Source: Ruminococcaceae bacterium UBA1227
GTDB taxonomy: Bacteria > Bacillota > Clostridia > Oscillospirales > Acutalibacteraceae
Reading direction: 5' to 3'
DNA length: 64,000 nucleotides
Assembly: GCA_002309175.1 (NCBI GenBank)
Contig: DBWX01000011.1
Coordinates: forward strand, 18,233-82,232
In this document: one piece after another, positions 33,115-40,965 of the stretch
Position numbering within the stretch: position 1 is the stretch's first letter
Layout: each line of letters opens with the position of its first letter
Program-made: the position numbers and the translations under genes
The notes under the pieces: generated by a model
Seen by the model: only the letters and a program-made list of their open reading frames with translations
Told to the model about the DNA's origin: nothing
Database searches by the model: none

Positions 33115-34307
33115 AAAAACTTATCGCGCTTTTAATGGCACTTATCATGGTCTTCTCTCTCTGCGCTTGCGGAGCCAAGGGAAAAAAGGCCGACAACGGC
33201 AAGGAAAACTCCGGCAAGTCTTCCTCTTCAGACTCGGGCTCCAAGGAGCAGAAGGAGATTAAGAACGACTATACAGGTGAGTATGTCCTTCAGTTCTACT
33301 CATCTGATACGAAATCATATTTTTATGATACACTTCAGAATATGGCGGCCCAGGGAGATGCAGAGCTTGGTACTCTGACTCTTAATGATGACGGAACAGG
33401 CCACATCACTTATTTTGATGCTGATGCTGACATCACCTGGACGGATAAGGCAATTACACTTAACGGACAGGACCTGGATTTTACTTATGAGAATAAGACA
33501 ATCTATCTCTATGATGCCGCAAATACAGGTCTTGAGTTCTCTAAGGTAAGCCACCTCGAACGCTACAACCTCACTGTAGAGACCAATGAGTCAAGAGAAC
33601 CTGCTGAAGAATCCGACTATGTAATCAGTGAACCCGAAGTGACATATTATGTGTCGGGAATACATCCTGAAATGTTTGTATCCGTTCAGATTGAGAATAA
33701 ATCGGACACAAATCTCCTGGTAGAGGACGTCTTTTTCAGCGCTTACGGCAAAGACGGCAAGCAGACAGGTTTCTTCAGCCTTAACACTGTATGTCAGCCT
33801 ATAATCCCTCCGGGAGAAAAGGGTTACTTTGCTACCTGCTATACATATCAGGATGAAGAAAAATATGTCAGCACTTTGATAACGGAAAAATCCTTCCCGA
33901 AGGATGGCACCGTTAAGATTGACGAAGTAGATATTTGTAAATGGACAGGCGAGTTCAAACAGTATGACGCACAGGTAACCAATGTGGTCAAATTCCAGTC
34001 CGATCAGACAGATCCGGGTGCTATGATCCACAGACCGAACGGTATCGTAACAATTCCGTCCGGCACGGACATCCAGGATATTTACGTCTACACATACTGC
34101 TTCGACAAGAACGGCAAGCTCGTAGGTATAAGCCATCAGTTTGCCTGTGAGGAGAGCGTAAACCCCGTCAACTTCTTTGAGGCGACAGGGGACGGCAAAG
34201 CCAAGTTCCAGATGAACCTGAACGGTCCTATCAACGACCACACCTTCCCCCAGGACAGCATAGCCACCTACACCGTCCAGGCCTCCTCACCCCACGATTT
34301 CTACTAA
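33111..34307 (+). CDS. Lipoprotein, function unknown
   Basis: Lipobox SLCAC|G. 4-nt overlap with the upstream gene. Confidence 0.65.
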   Translation: MKKLIALLMALIMVFSLCACGAKGKKADNGKENSGKSSSSDSGSKEQKEIKNDYTGEYVLQFYSSDTKSYFYDTLQNMAAQGDAELGTLTLNDDGTGHITYFDADADITWTDKAITLNGQDLDFTYENKTIYLYDAANTGLEFSKVSHLERYNLTVETNESREPAEESDYVISEPEVTYYVSGIHPEMFVSVQIENKSDTNLLVEDVFFSAYGKDGKQTGFFSLNTVCQPIIPPGEKGYFATCYTYQDEEKYVSTLITEKSFPKDGTVKIDEVDICKWTGEFKQYDAQVTNVVKFQSDQTDPGAMIHRPNGIVTIPSGTDIQDIYVYTYCFDKNGKLVGISHQFACEESVNPVNFFEATGDGKAKFQMNLNGPINDHTFPQDSIATYTVQASSPHDFY

Positions 34308-34312
34308 AAAAC

Positions 34313-34347
34313 AAAAGCAGTTCGCTCATTCGAGCGAACTGCTTTTT
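34313..34347 (+). terminator. Rho-independent terminator
   Basis: AAAAGCAGTTCGCTC-ATTC-GAGCGAACTGC followed by TTTTT. Confidence 0.75.
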
Positions 34348-34537
34348 CTTTTCCGGCATACATATTTTGCTGTTTCCGTTAAAAACAGGCGAAAAAATAA
34401 GTAACCGCCCAGCTGTCACTGAGCGGTTACTTTAAGTAATTTCTCAAACAACAAACCGTCTGTACGGTCTGCCTTCGTCCATATTATACCAAAACTACAT
34501 CGCCCAGTCAATGTAATTGAATAAGGCGCTTAAGGCA

Positions 34538-34578
34538 TAAAAAATCAACCTCTTACAGCGTGTAAGAGGTTGATTTTT
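34538..34578 (-). terminator. Rho-independent terminator directly after tRNA-Leu CCA end
   Basis: ATCAACCTCTTACA-GCG-TGTAAGAGGTTGAT hairpin with an A-run at 34538-34543, which gives a U-tract on the minus strand. Confidence 0.65.
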
Positions 34579-34892
34579 TGGTGCCGGTAACCGGGGTCGA
34601 ACCGGTACGGTGTTGCCACCGAGGGATTTTCGTACCACTCTATGTCGCCATAGCCACTTTCGTGTTGTGGTCTGGAGCTCGTCTTCACCATATCTCTCGA
34701 CTTAGGTGGTCGGTGTAAGCTCTCTACACTCGGTCATATGACCTAGCACGGCGTTCTCTGAGCGCCTTCGCCGTTTTAGCCGACTTCTGCACTGACAGTT
34801 TCCCATCAGGCACTCTCTGAGAATAATCTCAGTCTGCAAATTGCAGAGCTCAGATTAAAGTCCCTTGCGTCTGCCAATTCCGCCATACCGGC
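34579..34892 (-). tRNA. tRNA-Leu(UAA) gene interrupted in the anticodon loop by a group I intron (exons 34892-34858 and 34630-34579)
   Basis: Joined exons give an 87-nt class II tRNA. Acceptor GCCGGTA/TACCGGC, D arm GCG-GAATTGGCAGA-CGC, anticodon stem AGGGA/TCCCT with loop CTTAAAA, variable arm GGTG-GCAA-CACC, T arm ACCGG-TTCGACC-CCGGT, discriminator A + CCA. Confidence 0.85.
34631..34857 (-). ncRNA. Group I self-splicing intron (IC3-like), 227 nt, no ORF
   Basis: Inserted between U34 and A35. The 5' exon ends in U, which can form a U-G wobble in P1 (exon ACUU with intron GAGU at 34815-34812, extended by UCUGAG/CUCAGA). The last intron nt is G. There are several GC hairpins, including a GGGAAAC loop. 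The stretches GUGUAGAGA, CCACCUAAG and UAUGG resemble tRNA IC3 introns as I recall them. Confidence 0.72.
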
Positions 34893-34908
34893 ATCTGTGC
34901 GCTTGCAT

Positions 34909-34937
34909 ATTTTAACATAGCGGGGGCAGGTTTTCAA
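34909..34937 (-). promoter_or_regulatory. sigma-A-like promoter of tRNA-Leu
   Basis: On the minus strand: TTGAAA (34932-34937), 17-nt spacer, TAAAAT (34909-34914), 16 nt upstream of the tRNA 5' end. Confidence 0.5.
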
Positions 34938-35062
34938 GGTTTGCCACAGCATTATCTTAATATAAATTTAACTTTCGGTTATATTGAAATAATACCTATA
35001 ATTGTGATATGATAAATTGAATTATTGTTTATTTTGGGAAAATATGTTTAGAGGTATTGTAA

Positions 35063-35872
35063 ATGGGCATTTTTAAGAGCATTATCGGCGGCGGTTATGT
35101 TGACGAGAGAGAGCTCGAACCTAACTTCTGCGAGTACAGTGAAATCTTCGGCAAGAAGAAGGCACTGGTCACCTGCGACCTGAACTTTCTCGATACACTG
35201 CCGAACAACGCGCTGCCGTGCTGCCTGAAATTCCAGATGGACGTGTATATACAGGACTACCTGCCAACGCTGATCTCTGAGTCGGAGGCCTCATATGTCG
35301 CCATGGTGCGCTCATCAATTTCGGAGCACATAGGCGGAAGGTATGTCGGCCAGGGAATAATCGGCTCGTCCGGCACGGTATTCCTGATGTTTTATATTCC
35401 CGAGCGCTTCGCCGCAACCGCGAAGAAGATGCTCTCCCAGGTTTTCATGGGCTCATTCAGACATGTTGAGATGGATGTTGTCTATGACCCGGAGGGAAAT
35501 CAGTACAAGAAGTACCTTTATCCCAATGAGCTGCAGCTTAAAAAGAGCAACAATGCGAAAATCTTAAAGCAGCTTCGGACGTACGGCGATGACGGCGAGA
35601 CACCCAGACCGGTAAGGTTTTATTTCTCGTTTCCGTCAAAGAATTCGGCCATGAACTTCTACTCCGAGAGTACGGAGAGGGGCTTCGTCTACGGGGACAT
35701 AACGGAGACCGAGCCGCCTGAAGGCATGGTGCTTCCGAGGTACAGGCTCAAACTCGTAAAGACGATTCCGTTTAACATAGAGCTGCTGGAGCGGGTTGAC
35801 AACTATCTGCTTAAACTTGCGGCCAAGCACGGGGGAGAGTATCTCTCACTCGAGACGGATATTGTGGAATAA
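35063..35872 (+). CDS. Two-domain protein, DUF695-like N-terminus and RraB-like C-terminus
   Basis: The overall pattern (…FYIPE… ; C-terminal RPVRFYFSFPS…A..F..E…GF) recalls the DUF695 + regulator of RNase activity B families. Weak, from memory only. Confidence 0.4.
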   Translation: MGIFKSIIGGGYVDERELEPNFCEYSEIFGKKKALVTCDLNFLDTLPNNALPCCLKFQMDVYIQDYLPTLISESEASYVAMVRSSISEHIGGRYVGQGIIGSSGTVFLMFYIPERFAATAKKMLSQVFMGSFRHVEMDVVYDPEGNQYKKYLYPNELQLKKSNNAKILKQLRTYGDDGETPRPVRFYFSFPSKNSAMNFYSESTERGFVYGDITETEPPEGMVLPRYRLKLVKTIPFNIELLERVDNYLLKLAAKHGGEYLSLETDIVE

Positions 35873-35891
35873 ATTATTGTGAGGTTTTGAA

Positions 35892-36482
35892 ATGTTTGAT
35901 CAGACACTCGCTCCCAAAGAGGGCGAACTTAAAGCAGTCATAAATACGAATATGGGTACCGTTAAGGTGCGCCTCTTCCCGGAATACGCTCCGAAGGCGG
36001 TTGAGAACTTCACCACCCTTGCGAAGAACGGCTACTATGACGGCACAATCTTCCACAGGGTCATAAAGGACTTCATGATCCAGGGCGGCGATCCGACGGG
36101 CACAGGCCGCGGCGGCGAGTCTATCTGGGGCGACAAGTTCGAGGACGAGTTCACGAGTGAACTCCACAACTATCGCGGAGCCCTTTCAATGGCCAACGCG
36201 GGCCCGTGCACAAACGGATCGCAGTTCTTTATAGTTCAGCTCTGCGACTGCGACTATTCAATGCTTCAGCAGATGAAGGCTTTGCCGAATGAGTTCCCCG
36301 CAGAGTGCGTTGAGAAGTACGAGCAGCTCGGCGGCACGCCCTGGCTTGACTATCATCACACGGTATTCGGCCATGTCTATGAGGGCATGGATGTCGTAGA
36401 CGCCATTGCAGGCGTTGAGGTCGGTTTTGCCGACAAGCCGAAGAATGACGTAAAAATACTTTCCATCGATATCGAGGAGTAA
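35892..36482 (+). CDS. ppiB: Peptidyl-prolyl cis-trans isomerase, cyclophilin type
   Basis: FHRVIKDFMIQGGDPTGTGRGGESIWG and SMANAGPCTNGSQFFI motifs. Confidence 0.9.
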   Translation: MFDQTLAPKEGELKAVINTNMGTVKVRLFPEYAPKAVENFTTLAKNGYYDGTIFHRVIKDFMIQGGDPTGTGRGGESIWGDKFEDEFTSELHNYRGALSMANAGPCTNGSQFFIVQLCDCDYSMLQQMKALPNEFPAECVEKYEQLGGTPWLDYHHTVFGHVYEGMDVVDAIAGVEVGFADKPKNDVKILSIDIEE

Positions 36483-36485
36483 ATA

Positions 36486-36974
36486 ATGAGAATCGGACAC
36501 GGTTATGATGTACACAGGCTGGTCGAGGACAGACCCCTGATTATAGGCGGTGTGAGTATTCCCTTTGAGAAGGGTCTGCTCGGGCACTCCGATGCGGATG
36601 TCCTGCTGCACGCCGTGGCGGACGCTTTGCTCGGCGCCGCCGCACTCGGTGACATCGGGAAACTGTTTCCCGACACCGACGAGCGCTTTTCCGGCGCCGA
36701 CAGCAGAGTCCTGTTGAGGGAGGTTGTCGCCCGCGTCAACGAGGCCGGCTTTGCCGTTTCGAACATTGACGCGACGGTACTGGCCCAGGCGCCGAAACTT
36801 CGGGGCTTTATTGATCAGATGAGGGAAAACATAGCAGGCGACTGCGGCCTGTCCCCTGACGCGGTGAGCGTCAAGGCGACAACCGAGGAGGGACTCGGTT
36901 TCACCGGAGAGGGCCTCGGAATTGCGGCACATGCCGTATGTCTGCTGGAAGAGAGGAGGAAGGACAATGAGTAA
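36486..36974 (+). CDS. ispF: 2-C-methyl-D-erythritol 2,4-cyclodiphosphate synthase
   Basis: [12 protein letters not shown] and [11 protein letters not shown] zinc/active-site motifs. Confidence 0.92.
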   Translation: MRIGHGYDVHRLVEDRPLIIGGVSIPFEKGLLGHSDADVLLHAVADALLGAAALGDIGKLFPDTDERFSGADSRVLLREVVARVNEAGFAVSNIDATVLAQAPKLRGFIDQMRENIAGDCGLSPDAVSVKATTEEGLGFTGEGLGIAAHAVCLLEERRKDNE

Positions 36975-37824
36975 TATTTCAGCTCTGTTCGAGAAAATCG
37001 TAAGTATTATCTCGACTTATTCCTGGCTGTCTGACACGCTTGACATCTTACTCATCACATTGCTCTTCTACTCAATCTTCAAGATGATAAGTGACTCGCG
37101 TGCACTGACATTCGCGAAGGGTATCTTCGTGTTTGTCGTTCTTTACGGCATTGTCACATTGCTCAACATGCAGGCATCCTCATACCTGTTTAAGACCGTA
37201 TTTGACAATATCCTTCTGATACTCGTCGTCATCTTTGCCCCTGAGATAAGAAAGCTTCTCGAAAACATGGGCAAGACGACGAAGGCTATCTCTTCACTGA
37301 AGGGTATTATCAGCAAGACAACATATAACCAGAAGGCTACGGAGTATAACGAGCGTGTAGACAAGGCCGTAAACGAGATATTCCGCGCGGTTTCTGATAT
37401 GAGTGACAAGCGCATAGGCGCGCTCATGGTATTTGAGAAGGACACTCCTCTGGGTGAGATTGCCGACAGGGGTACAAAACTTGACGCGGAAATCACATCT
37501 GAGATGATAGGCAATATCTTCTATCCGAAGGCTCCTCTCCATGACGGAGCTGCCATTATCAGGGACTGCAAGCTCTATGCTGCGGGATGTATCCTTCCGC
37601 TTACTTCAAGGCCGATATCATCTGACCTCGGCACACGCCACAGGGCCGCTGTCGGTATGTCAGAGCAGAGCGATGCATTGGTCCTTGTAATCTCAGAGGA
37701 GACCGGTGCAATCTCCATTGCACGTAACGGTCATCTTACGCGAAACATCACCGACGGTGAGGCGCGTGAGAAACTCCTTGAGTTTCTGAAGATTCCGGTG
37801 GGAGGTGACAAGCGTGGCAAATGA
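36967..37824 (+). CDS. cdaA: Diadenylate cyclase CdaA
   Basis: Three N-terminal TMs. DAC motifs HDGAAII and GTRHRAA. ATG at 36967 preceded by GGAGGAAGG, overlapping the ispF stop. Confidence 0.9.
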   Translation: MSNISALFEKIVSIISTYSWLSDTLDILLITLLFYSIFKMISDSRALTFAKGIFVFVVLYGIVTLLNMQASSYLFKTVFDNILLILVVIFAPEIRKLLENMGKTTKAISSLKGIISKTTYNQKATEYNERVDKAVNEIFRAVSDMSDKRIGALMVFEKDTPLGEIADRGTKLDAEITSEMIGNIFYPKAPLHDGAAIIRDCKLYAAGCILPLTSRPISSDLGTRHRAAVGMSEQSDALVLVISEETGAISIARNGHLTRNITDGEAREKLLEFLKIPVGGDKRGK

Positions 37825-38824
37825 GAAGAAGAGCACAAATAAAGGTCTCATCCAGAGACTGCTCGAAAATCCGAAATCCAGGCTTGTAATCTCCTTCATA
37901 CTGGCCTCAGTCGTATGGATTTCAATCGCCATCAATCAGGCGCCCGAAGTTGAGCGCGTGGTTGAGAACGTAAAAGTAACAATAGACGACAGCGTACCCT
38001 CACAGCTCGGCTATGAGGCCTTCGGTGTCGATGAACTCTACATCGACATCACCGTAAAGGGCAAGCGCTATCTTGTCGGTGACAATGTACTGTCAGCAAA
38101 TGACTTCACTGTCACGGCAGTTACATCGCACGTTGACGCGCCCGGTGTCTACTCGCTCCAGCTTAAAGCCACGGCGAAGAATCCCGACGCATCCTACACC
38201 ATAGTCTCAAAGTCCATGGACAACGTGGAAGTTTACTTTGACACACCGAAGACCGCGGAGTTCCTGGTAGAGACAAATGTTGAGTGTCTTGCCGAGAACC
38301 TCATCGCTTCCGATGAGTATATTACGGCGGACCCGATACCTTCAGTTGAGAAGATCTCCGTTTCCGGCCCAGCGACAGAGGTTGAGAAAATTCAGCACAT
38401 AGTCGCGACCGTTCAGACGAAGGGCAACCTCAAGGCCACCGAGACCCTGCCTGCTGTTTTGACAGTTGCGGATGCCTACGGAGCCGAAATCAGATATCTT
38501 ACTTTAACACCGAGCGCTGATGATATCACAATCACCATCCCGGTCTATACTCTCGCCGAACTTCCGGTAACCGTTGATTTTGAGAAGGTACCGGCGAACT
38601 ACCTGACCAACCCGCCCGAGGTGACATATCTTCCCGAGACTGTACAGGTTGCGGTTGATGCGAAGAAGCTCTCTTCGCTCGATGCGGTCAGCATAGGTAC
38701 GATTGACTTCTCCAAACTTGAGGAAGGGGTCAACAGAATCAGCATGGATCTCTCCGGCATGAAGGATGCAATCCCGATTGATCCGGATCAGAAAGTCGAG
38801 GTTGTAATCAGACTCGGCGAATAA
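37805..38824 (+). CDS. cdaR: CdaA regulatory protein CdaR (YbbR-like repeats)
   Basis: N-terminal TM plus repeated beta-rich YbbR-like segments. Overlaps the cdaA stop, the conserved cdaA-cdaR arrangement. Confidence 0.75.
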   Translation: MTSVANEKKSTNKGLIQRLLENPKSRLVISFILASVVWISIAINQAPEVERVVENVKVTIDDSVPSQLGYEAFGVDELYIDITVKGKRYLVGDNVLSANDFTVTAVTSHVDAPGVYSLQLKATAKNPDASYTIVSKSMDNVEVYFDTPKTAEFLVETNVECLAENLIASDEYITADPIPSVEKISVSGPATEVEKIQHIVATVQTKGNLKATETLPAVLTVADAYGAEIRYLTLTPSADDITITIPVYTLAELPVTVDFEKVPANYLTNPPEVTYLPETVQVAVDAKKLSSLDAVSIGTIDFSKLEEGVNRISMDLSGMKDAIPIDPDQKVEVVIRLGE

Positions 38825-38856
38825 TTTGAAATCACGAAGAAAGGGGGCGGCGCTTT

Positions 38857-40215
38857 ATGAAAAGAAAATACTGGTATGCTATTTATGCCGTTGCGCTGGC
38901 GCTGCTTCCGGTTCTTCTGTTCTTTGCAATACAGCTTGAATCTCCGACGGATCTCCTGGCGCCGCCCGGGCTCACGGGCGACAAGCTCGAGATTCAGCGT
39001 GCCTTTGAGGCCTCTGTCCAGGAAAAGTCCGGCATAATCCTTCAGTACCCGACGGCGGGCGACTACCGCTCCGCCTATGTCCTGAAGGATATCGACGGTG
39101 ACGGACAGGACGAGGCCATAGTCTTCTACACGCTCAAATCAGATGAGTCGACCGTGCGCGTAAATGTGCTTGACCGGGTCGGCGACAAATGGAAGAGTGT
39201 CTATGATGAGCCGGGTTACGGCGCCAAGGTCATCTCAATTGACTTTGACGACCTGAACAAGGACGGCCACATGGAACTTCTGACCTGCTGGAGTATTTTT
39301 GAAACAACCACTGCGAAGACTCTCACCATTCATTCGGTGACAAAGGACGATGAGGGAGTGCTCGAACTTGATGCTCTCGTAAACCAGTCCTATACCTACA
39401 GAGCCATAGCCGATATGGATTCGGACGGCTTCAATGAGGTCCTGGTAACCTGGCTTGACACTACGGACCAGAACCTGCCCAAGTCCTACGCGAGCCTCCT
39501 TAAACAGGCTCCGGACGGAACAATCTCGCAGATAGGACAGAACGTGTCGCTTGACGCCTCTGTCTCTGCCTACCACTCACTTAAACTCGAAACTACCGCG
39601 GACGGAAAGTCAATCGCTTTCCTGGACGCTTATAAGGGCGACGACGCCATGATTACCGAGGTAATCTGGTGGGATGACACGGAGCGGGCCCTTGTTGCTC
39701 CTCTGCTCGATTCCGACACGCTCTCGAACAGCCTGACCCTGCGCAGTCCCGCAGTCCCGTCAATGGATATCGATGAGGACGGGGCCATGGAGATACCGAT
39801 TATCGCAAATGACGGCGGAGCGCAGGTTGCAAAAGAAGTGGCCATGCCGCTCTTTGCCTGGTCAGTGCCTGCTCCGGACGGTTTAAGCCCCATATCTTAC
39901 GGATTCGTAAACACTACACTCGGATGTTACTTTGAGGTCCCTGCGGACTTCAAGGATTATATGCTCGCGTATCGTCTGTCCGACGACTCCTGTACGACGT
40001 TCTACAGAAGTGATGACGGAGAGGAGAGGGCGGAACCGCTCTTTACTTTCCTTGTCAAGAAGAATGCCGACATGAACGAGTCTGACACATATACATTCAA
40101 GGTCGTACACGGCGGCATGGCCGTATATGGTACTTTGACGAGCGTAGGAGAGGCCATGGGCTTCACCAATGAACTCATAGAAAACAGTTTCACTTTTTTT
40201 GACACTTTGACATAG
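38857..40215 (+). CDS. Membrane-anchored protein with FG-GAP/VCBS-like Asp-rich repeats
   Basis: N-terminal TM. Four DxDGDG-type motifs: DIDGDGQDEAIVF, DLNKDGHMELL, DMDSDGFNEVLV, DIDEDGAMEIP. Confidence 0.5.
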   Translation: MKRKYWYAIYAVALALLPVLLFFAIQLESPTDLLAPPGLTGDKLEIQRAFEASVQEKSGIILQYPTAGDYRSAYVLKDIDGDGQDEAIVFYTLKSDESTVRVNVLDRVGDKWKSVYDEPGYGAKVISIDFDDLNKDGHMELLTCWSIFETTTAKTLTIHSVTKDDEGVLELDALVNQSYTYRAIADMDSDGFNEVLVTWLDTTDQNLPKSYASLLKQAPDGTISQIGQNVSLDASVSAYHSLKLETTADGKSIAFLDAYKGDDAMITEVIWWDDTERALVAPLLDSDTLSNSLTLRSPAVPSMDIDEDGAMEIPIIANDGGAQVAKEVAMPLFAWSVPAPDGLSPISYGFVNTTLGCYFEVPADFKDYMLAYRLSDDSCTTFYRSDDGEERAEPLFTFLVKKNADMNESDTYTFKVVHGGMAVYGTLTSVGEAMGFTNELIENSFTFFDTLT

Positions 40216-40228
40216 AGAGGTAATTTGT

Positions 40229-40927
40229 ATGAAGAGAATTCTTGTTGCTGAAGATGAAGCCGCTATCCGCGAGTTTATTGTCATAAACTTAAAGCGCAGC
40301 GGCTATACGGTCACGGAGGCCGAGAACGGCCGCGAGGCCATAGAGGCGTACGAGGCCGCCAAGGGTGACTTTGATGTCGCTCTCCTCGACATAATGATGC
40401 CGGAGATGGACGGTATAGAGGTGTGCAAACGCCTCCGCGAGAAGTCATCAAGTCTCGGCATCATCATGCTGACTGCAAAGACCGAGGAGATGGACAAAGT
40501 CACCGGTCTTCTTGTCGGCGCCGACGACTACGTCACAAAGCCGTTTTCACCGGCCGAGCTCATGGCCCGCGTGGATTCGGTTCACCGCCGCGTGGTTATG
40601 AACGCGGGCGGTTCAAATGCCGCGCCGTCCGTCATTGAGCTCGGCGAGTTCGTGCTCGATATCCGCGCACGAACCCTGACCAAAAACGGTGAACTTGTCG
40701 ACCTGACCCAGGTTGAGTTCCAGATTATGGAATATTTCTTCAAGAACCCCTCGGCCGCACTTTCGCGTACCGACATCCTCAAGGAGGTCTGGGGCGCCTC
40801 ATACTACGGCGAGGAGAAGATAGTCGACGTCAACATAAGACGTCTGCGTATAAAGATAGAGGATACTCCTTCGAATCCGAGACACCTGACAACGGTCTGG
40901 GGACTCGGATACAAGTGGGTTGTATAA
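40229..40927 (+). CDS. OmpR-family response regulator
   Basis: Receiver domain (DIMMPEMDG, LTAK, GADDYVTKPF) plus a winged-helix C-terminus (VWGLGYKW). Confidence 0.9.
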   Translation: MKRILVAEDEAAIREFIVINLKRSGYTVTEAENGREAIEAYEAAKGDFDVALLDIMMPEMDGIEVCKRLREKSSSLGIIMLTAKTEEMDKVTGLLVGADDYVTKPFSPAELMARVDSVHRRVVMNAGGSNAAPSVIELGEFVLDIRARTLTKNGELVDLTQVEFQIMEYFFKNPSAALSRTDILKEVWGASYYGEEKIVDVNIRRLRIKIEDTPSNPRHLTTVWGLGYKWVV

Positions 40928-40965
40928 ATTTCACTCATTAAATCTCTTTGAAAGGAGGGACACGA

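Noticed and set aside
33591-34241. 216-aa ORF antisense to the lipoprotein gene
   Set aside because: The sense ORF has a lipobox, an operon context and a terminator. The antisense ORF has none of these.
34401-34433. Orphan hairpin GTAACCGC-N14-GCGGTTAC with flanking A/T runs in the gap between the lipoprotein terminator and the tRNA-Leu terminator
   Set aside because: No adjacent gene needs it and no repeat copy occurs elsewhere in the window. It could be a decayed terminator, and there is not enough evidence to call a feature.
36258-36932. 224-aa ORF antisense to ppiB 3' end and ispF
   Set aside because: The sense strand encodes two unmistakable enzymes. The antisense product has no motifs and no start context.
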